A stretch of 64,000 nt of DNA. It comes from a bacterium. Its GTDB lineage: Bacteria; UBA8248. The stretch covers positions 448,001 to 512,000 of the forward strand of contig OZ242260.1 of the NCBI GenBank assembly GCA_965207065.1, in the 5' to 3' direction. The notes below the pieces were generated by a model. The model had not been told where the DNA came from. It searched no databases and saw only the letters and a list, made by a program, of their open reading frames with translations. The position numbers and the translations under genes are program-made. Below are positions 45,397 to 54,681 of the stretch, piece by piece (within the stretch, counting starts at the first letter, position 1; the number at the start of each line of letters is the position of its first letter).

Positions 45397-45822
45397 CTAC
45401 GCCTCTTTCACGACCATATAGGTGGCCGAGGCGAAGCAGACGAGTTTTTCCGCATCATCCACGATGCGCATCTCCCACACCGAGGTCTTTCGGCCCAGAT
45501 GCAGCGCCTTCGCCTCGCCGATGAGAGTTCCCTCCTTCACCGGACGCACGAAGTTGATCTTCATCTCCACCGTCACCACTTCCGTTCCGACCGGATAGCT
45601 CACGTAGCTGCCCACGCCGCCCACGGTGTCGGCCAGTGACGCCAGCGCGCCGCCGTGGATGATCCCGAAAGGCTGGTGGAGCTTCGGCTCCACGGGCATC
45701 GCGACGCGGGCGAAACCCTCTTCCGCTTCCAGTACCTCGAAACCCAGGAGGTCGTTGAAATTCCCCTGCCAGCGGGCCTGGAACACCCGCTCGACTTCCT
45801 CCCTCGTCCATGAACGCGCCAT
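45397..45822 (-). CDS. PaaI-family thioesterase
   Basis: QPFGIIHGGALASLAD. Confidence 0.9.
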   Translation of the reverse strand: MARSWTREEVERVFQARWQGNFNDLLGFEVLEAEEGFARVAMPVEPKLHQPFGIIHGGALASLADTVGGVGSYVSYPVGTEVVTVEMKINFVRPVKEGTLIGEAKALHLGRKTSVWEMRIVDDAEKLVCFASATYMVVKEA

Positions 45823-45955
45823 CTTCACCCTTTCAATCAGCGTGCCGCCCCGCGTGGGGGATGCGCGTGACATACGCCTGAGAATTCACCGGAAAACCGA
45901 CGAGGAAACGGAACCATTTCAGAAAGGCTGTAAAGCCTTCACGAAACTCCGCAAC

Positions 45956-46267
45956 TTACGCTGATCTTTTGAGCAGGACAGCCAGGGCTTCGGTTGATTT
46001 CCCCAGGGCTTCGTTCGATTTATCCAGACCCTCGTTTGTTTTATCCAGGCCTTCTAATGTTTTCTCAAAACCCTCAAGGGTTTTATCCAAGCTTTCCATT
46101 GTTTTCCGTAATGCTTCGCTACCTTCCCGGCCCTGGGCGATGATTTCATCGAGCGCCTTGTCCCTTTGCCTTGTTCCGGCGCGCATGGTGTAGAGTCCAT
46201 ACCAGATCAAAATACACTGCGCGATGCCTATGAGGTCTCCCGTGTTGATCGGCTGCAAATCCATCAT
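45956..46267 (-). CDS. Small membrane-anchored heptad-repeat protein
   Basis: N-terminal hydrophobic segment then (E-x-L-x-K-T/S-x) 7-aa repeats, visible as 21-bp DNA repeats. Confidence 0.6.
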   Translation of the reverse strand: MMDLQPINTGDLIGIAQCILIWYGLYTMRAGTRQRDKALDEIIAQGREGSEALRKTMESLDKTLEGFEKTLEGLDKTNEGLDKSNEALGKSTEALAVLLKRSA

Positions 46268-46491
46268 CTTTCCGCATCCTCTCTTTCCGGGTCCTCAGTC
46301 AGGTTATCTCAAGGTTATCTCGTGAACATTATAGAACCAAAACGCGGGATGAGCACAATTGCCCGGCTCCCTCATTATGAAACCACACAAACAGATGAAC
46401 ACTCAAACAGGGTTACGGCCCTGTCCCCGCCACCGTATGCCCGGCGGCCATCTCCACGATACAGGCGGGAACGATGTCCTCGAAATACCGA

Positions 46492-46806
46492 TCAGCCGAA
46501 GATCTGCGTCGGCACGCGCCCCCATTCGGCGGGGTCGGTGACGATGTCGCCGCCCTCGCCCTCGTAGGAGAAGAAGAGGAGTTCGGTCTCGGTCTTTCTG
46601 CCCTTTTTCTCGAGACGCCGCACGGTGATGGTCGGCACGTGGGTGCCGAGTTCGAAGTTTTTGGCGTGGCTGACCGAGACGCTCGCCCCGAACTTGGCGG
46701 CGCAGCTCTCGAGTTGTTCCCTCGTCGTCTTCACCCGGCCGTCCGCGATGATTTCCCCGCCGAAGTTCTCCGTGAGGTCGACCACAAAAATTTCAGGCTC
46801 CAGCAT
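46492..46806 (-). CDS. Hypothetical protein
   Basis: GGGAG RBS, host-like codon usage; no family recognised. Confidence 0.6.
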   Translation of the reverse strand: MLEPEIFVVDLTENFGGEIIADGRVKTTREQLESCAAKFGASVSVSHAKNFELGTHVPTITVRRLEKKGRKTETELLFFSYEGEGGDIVTDPAEWGRVPTQIFG

Positions 46807-47202
46807 GATGGCGCATTCTCCCTTGAAACGTGATGAACGAAAAGATGAGACGCCCCGTCCGGGGCGCTTGAAAGCGCGGAGTCTAGCAGAAAGGTGGTGA
46901 GGTGAGAAAGGGGGCGGCGGTTCGCCCGATGGAAAACACGTTATATCGCTATCCGGGAATGGAGTGTTCGGGTCGTTTCACTTGCAACCACCTGGTTTCT
47001 CCGTTTCCGCAAGGACAGGTCGCGACCTGTCCCTACCAAAAGCTCAAACTGCCGTCTTGCATGCGTAGATGAGCCGCACTCCGTCCGCAATGGGCCGAGG
47101 ACAAGTAAAACATCATATATGAGATTGCATGTAATATCTGAATTCTTGCAACCGGCTAAATCTCAGATGAAATGTATCCCATCGAAAAATCGTCCAAGCC
47201 CC

Positions 47203-47967
47203 CTACCAGTCCCAAAAGAGCGTATACGCGCGTCCTGTGAAGGGCCCGGTTTCGCGCCACTCCAGGCGGGTCTGGCCGGTTTCGTTCATATGGCGGGGAT
47301 AGACGCGGCGCTTGTTGAAGCTGTTCGAAGCTCCCTGGGACTCCTCGCGCCGCGCGCCCACCAGTTGGCGTCCGGAGGGGATGAGCACTTCGAGGTGAAA
47401 CTCGTCGGTGGGGTATTCGACCACGAGCGTGACCCATTCGTTCCGCGTCGTGAACGCATCGCGCAGAACGAGTTCGTGGCGAATTTCGAAGAGCGCGCCC
47501 GCGCGGATAGGCTCGGACAGGGGCAGGTGCGCGGAATAATCCGCACCCGCGCCCTTCTCGATCCGGTATTCCAGGGACTCCCAGGGGACCTCGGCTTCTT
47601 CGCCTTCCAGGAGCCGGTAGGAATAGGCCACCTCCCTGTCGCCGCTGCCCGTGTGGTAGCGCGTCTTCACCCGGGGCAGCTCCCGCCGGGCCAGGCAGCG
47701 CCGCACGCTCTCCATGCGCGCGACGCGCCCATCGACGTCTTCTATCGTGTAGGTGCGGGTGTGGAGCAGTACGCGGTAGTCGTACTCCTCATACGCGCCA
47801 TCCTCCCGCTGGTGAGCGCCGGCGGCGAGGGCTTCCTCGATATGGCGGACGCGCGCTTCGAGCGCATCGAGTTTCCCGGCGGATTCTTCCTGGCGCTTTC
47901 GAATCGAAGAAATGCCGCTGGAGAGTTCTTTGATGAGGTCTGCCGTTTCCGGAGTTTCATCCGCCAT
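47203..47967 (-). CDS. Hypothetical protein: N-terminal coiled coil plus beta-rich C-terminal domain ending YTLFWDW
   Basis: Host-like codon usage from ATG 47967; heptad pattern LSSGISSIRKRQEESAGKLDALEARV. Confidence 0.65.
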   Translation of the reverse strand: MADETPETADLIKELSSGISSIRKRQEESAGKLDALEARVRHIEEALAAGAHQREDGAYEEYDYRVLLHTRTYTIEDVDGRVARMESVRRCLARRELPRVKTRYHTGSGDREVAYSYRLLEGEEAEVPWESLEYRIEKGAGADYSAHLPLSEPIRAGALFEIRHELVLRDAFTTRNEWVTLVVEYPTDEFHLEVLIPSGRQLVGARREESQGASNSFNKRRVYPRHMNETGQTRLEWRETGPFTGRAYTLFWDW

Positions 47968-48181
47968 TTGGGTGCATCCACCATGCTGCATCGTGTCGCG
48001 CATTTTCCCGCAATTGCCGCGCCCGTGTCTCCCTGGCAAGAGGTATACCAACATACCGGGCGCACGGGCAAGGAGCGTCTCGGGCATCCCGTTTTTCCAT
48101 CAGGCAAATCTGAAAAATAAGATAAATTTCGATAAATTCACGAGGTTTCTCGATAAATTAAGGAAATTATAACATATTGTA

Positions 48182-49324
48182 TTATATAGGGTTGAGTAGT
48201 TTCAAGGCATCCCGGGACTGCAGGCGGCGGGCATCGGCCAACTGCCCGCACGCCGCCAGGATATCGACTCCCTTGGCAGTTCGCGTGGTGGCCACCAGGC
48301 CCGCGGCAAGGAGTATGCGGCGGAATTCCTCGACACGCTCATCATCTGGCCGCTCGAACGCGACTCCGGGAAAGGGATTCCAGGGGATGAGGTTCACCTT
48401 GCATTTCAGCCCCTCCAGGAGCCGCGAGAGAGCCTTCGCGTCCCCTCTGGAGTCGTTCACACCCCGCAGCATAACGTATTCAAAGGTGATGCGGCGGCGT
48501 TCGCTAATCGGCAACTCCCGGCATTCAGCGAGAAGCGCACTCAAGTTCCACTTGCGGTTCACCGGCACCAGATTTTCTCTGGTTTCATCATCCGCCGCAT
48601 GCAGCGAAACGGCCAGACCCACCCCCGGCACGGAGGAGACGAAATCCTTCAATCTCGAAACAATCCCCACAGTCGAAACGGTAAGCCTCCTCGCGCTGAC
48701 GCCGTTCGCCTGCGGGTGTGTGAGAATCCGCACGGCCTTTACAGTGGCGTCGAAATTATCGAGCGGCTCCCCCATTCCCATGAACACGACGTTGTGAAAA
48801 CGTTCCCCGGGGGCAAGGAGGCTTCTCGCGGCGAGGAATTGACCGACGATTTCACCGGCGCTCAACTGCCTGACGAAACCCATCTTCGCCGTCAGGCAAA
48901 ACGCGCATCCCATCGCGCATCCGACCTGCGTGGAAACGCAAAGAGACCACCGCATGACGCCGTTTACGTTTCTCATGGGTATTCGGACGCTCTCGACCCG
49001 CGCGCCGTCACACAGCCGCCACACATATTTTTCCGTGCCGTCCGCACTTTTATTCTCCCGGTCGAGTTCGAGAGTCTGCAGACGTGCCGCTTCTCCGAGC
49101 TTTGCTCCAAAACCCTTGGGAATGTTGGTCATCTGCGAGAATTCGCTTACGCCGTGGGCGTAGAGCCACGAGAATAACTGCCGGCCTCTGTAGGGGGGTT
49201 CCCCCATCTCCTCGCATAAGGAAACGAGTTCCTCCTCATCCATGCCGACAAGATCGACTAGCCCAGGGGAGAGCACTTGTTTTACCCGATCTGCCGCGAA
49301 TTTCGTTGTCGAGTCATTTTTCAT
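48182..49324 (-). CDS. rlmN: Dual-specificity RNA methyltransferase (radical SAM)
   Basis: CVSTQVGCAMGCAFC, MGMGEP, AACGQL; start could be 49369. Confidence 0.95.
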   Translation of the reverse strand: MKNDSTTKFAADRVKQVLSPGLVDLVGMDEEELVSLCEEMGEPPYRGRQLFSWLYAHGVSEFSQMTNIPKGFGAKLGEAARLQTLELDRENKSADGTEKYVWRLCDGARVESVRIPMRNVNGVMRWSLCVSTQVGCAMGCAFCLTAKMGFVRQLSAGEIVGQFLAARSLLAPGERFHNVVFMGMGEPLDNFDATVKAVRILTHPQANGVSARRLTVSTVGIVSRLKDFVSSVPGVGLAVSLHAADDETRENLVPVNRKWNLSALLAECRELPISERRRITFEYVMLRGVNDSRGDAKALSRLLEGLKCKVNLIPWNPFPGVAFERPDDERVEEFRRILLAAGLVATTRTAKGVDILAACGQLADARRLQSRDALKLLNPI

Positions 49325-49412
49325 AGACAGGCCTATGGTGTTATGGTTTGCTCGTTTTGCTTCCGGCATGAATCATATCATGATTGTACCTAAGGAATTG
49401 GAAAGCTATTAG

Positions 49413-50048
49413 ATGGCCATACGCGCGATTCTTTTAGACCATGACGGCACGCTTGTCGACAGCTACGATGGCATCGCAAAGTGCATGCGCCTCATGTGCC
49501 GTGACCTGGGCGTGCCCGAAATGAGCGATGCGGAGATTCTCGCATCCATCGGCCCCACGCTCGAGGAAAGATTCACCCAACTGTGGGGAGAAGACATGGC
49601 CAACCAGGCAGTGCGCATCTACCGCTCCCATTACAAGGTTCATAATGTCGCGGGCACCCATATCATTCCCGGGGTGAAAAAAACGCTCGAAACCCTCGCC
49701 CAACGGGGCATTCAGATGGCTTGCGTTTCGAACAAGGCATGGTTCTTCTGCAAGGAGCAGTTAGAGCACGTCGGGCTCTTGCCCTACATTCGAGCAGTAT
49801 TCGGTCACCGCCAGGGATATGCGCCGAAACCGGCCCCTGAGATGCTGTTCGCCGCTATCAAATCGCTTGAAGCGAAACCAGAAGAAGTCGTCATGGTCGG
49901 GGATACAACAACGGATTTGCTGGCCGCCAGAAACGCATCGATCCCTGCATGGATCATCAAGGGGAAATACTCTCAGCATGATAATATAATGAAATTAAAC
50001 CCGGATAGATATTTGGAAAAATTAGAGGACATCCTGGATTTGATATAA
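49413..50048 (+). CDS. HAD-family hydrolase (phosphoglycolate phosphatase-like)
   Basis: DHDGTLVDS, SNK, KPAP, MVGD-x-x-x-D. Confidence 0.9.
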   Translation: MAIRAILLDHDGTLVDSYDGIAKCMRLMCRDLGVPEMSDAEILASIGPTLEERFTQLWGEDMANQAVRIYRSHYKVHNVAGTHIIPGVKKTLETLAQRGIQMACVSNKAWFFCKEQLEHVGLLPYIRAVFGHRQGYAPKPAPEMLFAAIKSLEAKPEEVVMVGDTTTDLLAARNASIPAWIIKGKYSQHDNIMKLNPDRYLEKLEDILDLI

Positions 50049-50236
50049 TTCACCAACTGCCGCTTGCGCACTCAATGTCGGTTCTCTATCTTTTATTTCG
50101 TGAAGGAAACAGCAGAGCGCAATTGCACCAACCCAAGTTCGCGCAAGAGACTTTTCTTGCTCTTTCATCTCGCAGCTATATTTGAGTCGAAACGGGAAGG
50201 TACTCAGCCCAAACCAATTCAAATACTTTCCTCGGA

Positions 50237-51013
50237 ATGAATCTCATGAGCATAATCTTCAGCGCCCTGATCACGATTTACATTTTATTTCTCATCCTCG
50301 AACTAACAGACTTCCGACTCGGGCGCAGTAAATACATGTGGGCGCTTACGAGACTCCTGCTCGCCGGATTTGCCCTTGCCGCTGTATGGATGCCCTTTCA
50401 GCATCCTATCCCGTCCATAACGAAATTGATGCAGTTAAAGAAAATCCCGTTTCTCGCCCAAAAAACTCATCCCGATGAACATATGAAGACACCGGCAAAC
50501 GGAAATTTCCCGATCGAAAAACCCGGAATCTTCTGGCACATACATCATTACTCCAGGCTCTACGAGATCGATCCCCTGTTGGTGCGCGCCGTCATCGAGG
50601 TGGAAAGCAACTTTAATCCACAGGCCGTTTCTCATGATGGAGCCAAAGGACTAATGCAAATCAACCCGATTACTGCAAAACATCTGGGCCTCAACGATGT
50701 TTTCGACATCGGTGAAAACATCGAGGGCGGCGTGCGTTATCTACGATATTTACTTGAGTCATATGGCTGGAATTTACACATGGCACTGGCCTCATATAAT
50801 GCAGGGCCCGCCAACATCCGGCGCTATAATGGGATTCCTCCCTTTAAAGAAACGCGCCGGTACATCGCAAAGGTCATAGAAGTATACGAACGCCTCAAAA
50901 GAACGAATAAAGTATTCAACGACACCTCCCGACTTTCAGCTTTGCTCCGTCCGTCACTCAACACGGAAGTAAAAACGGATGAAACTCTTCAGCGGCCAAT
51001 AACGCCACAGTGA
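50237..51013 (+). CDS. Membrane-anchored SLT-domain lytic transglycosylase
   Basis: VES-x-FNP-x-AVS, GA-x-GLMQ, ASYNAG, ETRRY; two N-terminal TM helices. Confidence 0.9.
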   Translation: MNLMSIIFSALITIYILFLILELTDFRLGRSKYMWALTRLLLAGFALAAVWMPFQHPIPSITKLMQLKKIPFLAQKTHPDEHMKTPANGNFPIEKPGIFWHIHHYSRLYEIDPLLVRAVIEVESNFNPQAVSHDGAKGLMQINPITAKHLGLNDVFDIGENIEGGVRYLRYLLESYGWNLHMALASYNAGPANIRRYNGIPPFKETRRYIAKVIEVYERLKRTNKVFNDTSRLSALLRPSLNTEVKTDETLQRPITPQ

Positions 51014-51192
51014 GCTGAAACGCAAAAGGATTTGTTTCCATTCGGGAAAGTGCAGGTAATTCGCATCAAAAGATGGCAATGATGCGTCATTCGGAAATCA
51101 CATTGCCAAACCATGCCTCAGATCTATAATTTGCAATGTAAAGAAATTATTCGCCCCTGAATCAATATTCATACATCGCACCAGGACATAGC

Positions 51193-51933
51193 ATGCCAAT
51201 CAGCGTTTCCTCACCAACCACCCGAAAACGAAAAATTCTGAAAATCACGGACAGATTGTTGCACCGCTTCGGGAAGCCAAAGCGCATAAAGCAAAGCAGT
51301 CTACTGGATGCTCTCGTTGAAACACTTCTTTCACAGAGTACAACCGACCATAATCGCGATTTGGCGTTTAATTCCCTGAAAAAAAGTTTCAGCAACTGGG
51401 ATGAAATCGCTGACGCCCCTCAAGCGGCTCTTGCCAGAGCAATCCGTTCGGCCGGGTTGGGGAATCAGAAAGCCGGGAGAATCCGGGATTTTCTGAGATG
51501 GCTTCGTAAGGATCGAGAACAACTCTGCCTGGAATTCCTGCACCATGAAACAGATGATTTCGCCGTACAATATCTTACCCGGCACAAAGGCATCGGCGTC
51601 AAAACCGCGTATGTCACCTTGATGCTGGCTTCAAACCGGGATTTGTTCCCCATCGATGTTCACATTCACCGGATCATGATTCGACTGGGCATCATTCCTG
51701 AGAAAACGACGCCTGAAAAATCTCACCCGGTCCTTGCCCCACTCATTCCCAAAGGCCGCGCCCATGAATTACACATGAACATGCTGAGCTTTGGCCGAAC
51801 CATTTGCACCGCCCGCAATCCCAAATGCGCTGACTGTGATATGCGGCGCATGTGCTCCTACTATAAAGACCGGAACCCGGGAAAATCCAAAGGCGGAGAA
51901 ATTCACCTTACGCAAAAGCAAACCAGCCCATGA
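51193..51933 (+). CDS. nth: Endonuclease III-family (HhH-GPD) DNA glycosylase
   Basis: LLSQST, GIGVKTA, IDVH, C-x6-C-x2-C-x5-C FeS motif. Confidence 0.8.
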   Translation: MPISVSSPTTRKRKILKITDRLLHRFGKPKRIKQSSLLDALVETLLSQSTTDHNRDLAFNSLKKSFSNWDEIADAPQAALARAIRSAGLGNQKAGRIRDFLRWLRKDREQLCLEFLHHETDDFAVQYLTRHKGIGVKTAYVTLMLASNRDLFPIDVHIHRIMIRLGIIPEKTTPEKSHPVLAPLIPKGRAHELHMNMLSFGRTICTARNPKCADCDMRRMCSYYKDRNPGKSKGGEIHLTQKQTSP

Positions 51934-52826
51934 ACTGGATTCAACTTGTTGGTCTTGGTGAACTACTGGCAATCGGATCCTCCATCACATTCTCCGTAGC
52001 GCAGACTTTTCTCAGACAAGGAATGAGAAGCGTATCTCCATTGGCCGCCGCTTTGATAGTCAATGGAATCGTAAGCCTGGGCGGCCTCATCATATCTCTT
52101 GTAAACGGCACGCTTTTTACTTCCAAGGCAGAAGCCATCTTCTGGTACGCCGCCGTGGGCGTCGCGGGTCCCACCATCGGTAGGTATAGCTACCTGGTGG
52201 GAGTCTCCCGTATTGGACTCAGCCGCAGCGTGCCCATATCTTCAGCGGCCCCTATTTGGGGAACTTTTTTCGCAATGCTAGTCTTGGGCGAGGACCCGAC
52301 GACCATGGTCATACTCGGAACCCTGGGTATCGTCATCGGGGTATCCATTCTCGGGATACAAGACGATAAATCGCAATCTTTCAAAAGCTGGTTTCAAGGA
52401 GCGCTCATATTTCCGCTCGTCGCTTCACTGGCGTACGCAATAGCGCCTATCTTCGCCAAGCTCGCTTACACCCATCAAATGACACCAAGCGTCGGCATGT
52501 TCATTTCTTTCGCAACAGCCAATTGTATTCTTCTGCTCACAAAGCCAATCCTGCCCGGCCAAAATGATATTCGCGGTAAAAAAAGAGGTCTCATCTGGGT
52601 GGGAGGCGCGGGGCTCATTGGTATTTGCAGCTCGTTTATGCTCTGGACGGCCTTTACGATGGCGAGCGTGTCCACCGCTCTGCCCCTGAGCCGAATCGCG
52701 CCAATCTGGGTGTTGATCCTGAGCTATTTCTTTCTGGGAAAACTCGAAACAATAAACCGCAAAACAGTTCTGGCCACGATTTGCGTCGTCGCGGGCGGAG
52801 TGATGATCACCGCCTTCAGAAACTAA
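51930..52826 (+). CDS. EamA/DMT family transporter
   Basis: About ten hydrophobic helices in two repeats. Confidence 0.85.
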   Translation: MNWIQLVGLGELLAIGSSITFSVAQTFLRQGMRSVSPLAAALIVNGIVSLGGLIISLVNGTLFTSKAEAIFWYAAVGVAGPTIGRYSYLVGVSRIGLSRSVPISSAAPIWGTFFAMLVLGEDPTTMVILGTLGIVIGVSILGIQDDKSQSFKSWFQGALIFPLVASLAYAIAPIFAKLAYTHQMTPSVGMFISFATANCILLLTKPILPGQNDIRGKKRGLIWVGGAGLIGICSSFMLWTAFTMASVSTALPLSRIAPIWVLILSYFFLGKLETINRKTVLATICVVAGGVMITAFRN

Positions 52827-52886
52827 CCCTCAAACAGCGCGCGAAGCACCGAATTCCCCGGCCGGATTTTCCCCGCCAGCGAAGCC

Positions 52887-54134
52887 CTACCTGCCCGCCG
52901 CCGCCTCTGCGACACGAGGGGAATAAATGAGATCATCCACCTGGGGCGGGTCTTCGAGAAAACCGGCCGCTTTGAGCGTCAAGACATCGTTCGTGCCGTC
53001 TGAATGCAGGAAGCTCAGGGCATCGCGCATGAGTTTCTCAATCGGGTTTTTCCGCATGTACCCCGCCGCGCCCCAAAGCTCCATCGCCTCCTGACACACC
53101 TGTACGGCGGACTCGGATGCGAATACCTTGCTCAGCATCGCATTTTTCCGGTCCATCTCCTCAAGCTGGGTGGACCACGCCGTGCGCCACAAATATGAGC
53201 GAGAGGCTTCTATTTTCATCGCCATCCGCGCAAGCCTGATTTGCTGAAGCTGGTGATCGAGCAAAGGCACGCTTCCCTGGATTCGGGCATGCGCATACTG
53301 CAAAGAGAGATCATACGCACGTTGCGCCACCCCCAGGACGGTGGCGCCCGCCTGGATGTTGCTCCCGTGTCTTATGAACAAATTGGCCAGAGCGGGCAGA
53401 GCTTGCCCCACTTCCCCGATCTGGTCTTGCGCCGGGACTTCCACGTCGTGAAACTCCAGCGTTCCATTCTGAACACATCGCTGGCCTAGTTTGTCCCATA
53501 CTTCCGTAACCTCAAATCCCTTGGCGTCAGAGGGCACCAGAAAGGCCGTGAGACTGTTCATCATTGGATTGCTTTTATCTGTCCGAGCGGCGATTTGATA
53601 AACTTTGGCGAGACCCCCGTTAGAGATATACCGCTTCGCGCCGTTCAATACCCAGCGATCTCCTTTTTTTTCCGCATACGTCTGTATTCCGGCGCCTGGA
53701 TTCTGATTGGGCCAGACGTTGTCGCTACCCGCCATGGGCTCCGTCCAGGCAGTCGCCAGAATGCACTCGTCATCATCCATGATTTGGGGGAGCCAGCGTT
53801 TTTGCTGCTCTTCGTTCGCCATGTTGGCAATCGACGTCATGATCTTCCACGTCTGATCAAAGGCGACGGCCAGTCCCAGATCCCCATACGCCAGCGTTTC
53901 CCCCACAATGGCGCAGGAAAGAACGTCGGCGCCTTCACCTCCAAATTCTTTCGGGACGGTCAGCGTCCTGAGGCCCCGCTTCGAACCTTCTCTGATGACT
54001 TCCCAGTTAAAGGATGCTTCGGGATCTTCGATGCGGTCCGCGACCTCCGCGGCGGGGATCATCACTTCGGTGGCGAATCTTTTCGCAATATTTCTGAGTT
54101 CCATCTGCCGGGCGGTGAGCTGGAAATCGACCAT
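52887..54134 (-). CDS. Acyl-CoA dehydrogenase family protein
   Basis: TEP-x-AGSD, LNGAK-x-x-ISNG, KLG-x-R, GAAGY, DGT. Confidence 0.92.
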   Translation of the reverse strand: MVDFQLTARQMELRNIAKRFATEVMIPAAEVADRIEDPEASFNWEVIREGSKRGLRTLTVPKEFGGEGADVLSCAIVGETLAYGDLGLAVAFDQTWKIMTSIANMANEEQQKRWLPQIMDDDECILATAWTEPMAGSDNVWPNQNPGAGIQTYAEKKGDRWVLNGAKRYISNGGLAKVYQIAARTDKSNPMMNSLTAFLVPSDAKGFEVTEVWDKLGQRCVQNGTLEFHDVEVPAQDQIGEVGQALPALANLFIRHGSNIQAGATVLGVAQRAYDLSLQYAHARIQGSVPLLDHQLQQIRLARMAMKIEASRSYLWRTAWSTQLEEMDRKNAMLSKVFASESAVQVCQEAMELWGAAGYMRKNPIEKLMRDALSFLHSDGTNDVLTLKAAGFLEDPPQVDDLIYSPRVAEAAAGR

Positions 54135-54262
54135 CGGTTGAATCCTCCAAGTGAAAAATCGTCATGCTAATTCAGGCGCGATGCAATAGTTGCGAATCAT
54201 CTTTCCAAGAAAACCCGCTTATGCGCCTCCGCTTATCTCAGTTCTCAAAATGTGAGCGCAGT

Positions 54263-54661
54263 TTAATGAGCCGACGGGTTCTCGCACAACTCGATGCGGA
54301 TATTTCCTGGTCCCCTGACATAGGCGATCATGCGTCCGCCAATGCCTCGGCGCACGGGCTCCACCATAATCTCCGCCCCTTTGTCTCTCAGCCACTCCAC
54401 GGCGGCTTCCACATCGGAAACGCCGAACCCGAAATGATCCAGACCCTGAACCAGTTCCGGCCCTACGGAATCCGGCGTCTCTTCAGGCCTGATGCCGCGC
54501 GCGAATATCATCAGGCGGCCGACCTGGATCGCCGCATTGGGCGAGCCCTTGAAGTCCTCGTCGTAGCGGACGATTTCCGCGTCGAACACGTTTTGAAAAT
54601 ACTCGGCAAACGCCTTCACATCCCCACAAACGTAGTGAATATGATCAAAACCGAATTCCAT
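54263..54661 (-). CDS. VOC/glyoxalase family protein
   Basis: FDHIH, LDHFGF-x-V-x-D, GP-x-x-x-RIEL. Confidence 0.88.
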   Translation of the reverse strand: MEFGFDHIHYVCGDVKAFAEYFQNVFDAEIVRYDEDFKGSPNAAIQVGRLMIFARGIRPEETPDSVGPELVQGLDHFGFGVSDVEAAVEWLRDKGAEIMVEPVRRGIGGRMIAYVRGPGNIRIELCENPSAH

Positions 54662-54681
54662 CGAATTCTCCTGGATTGAGA

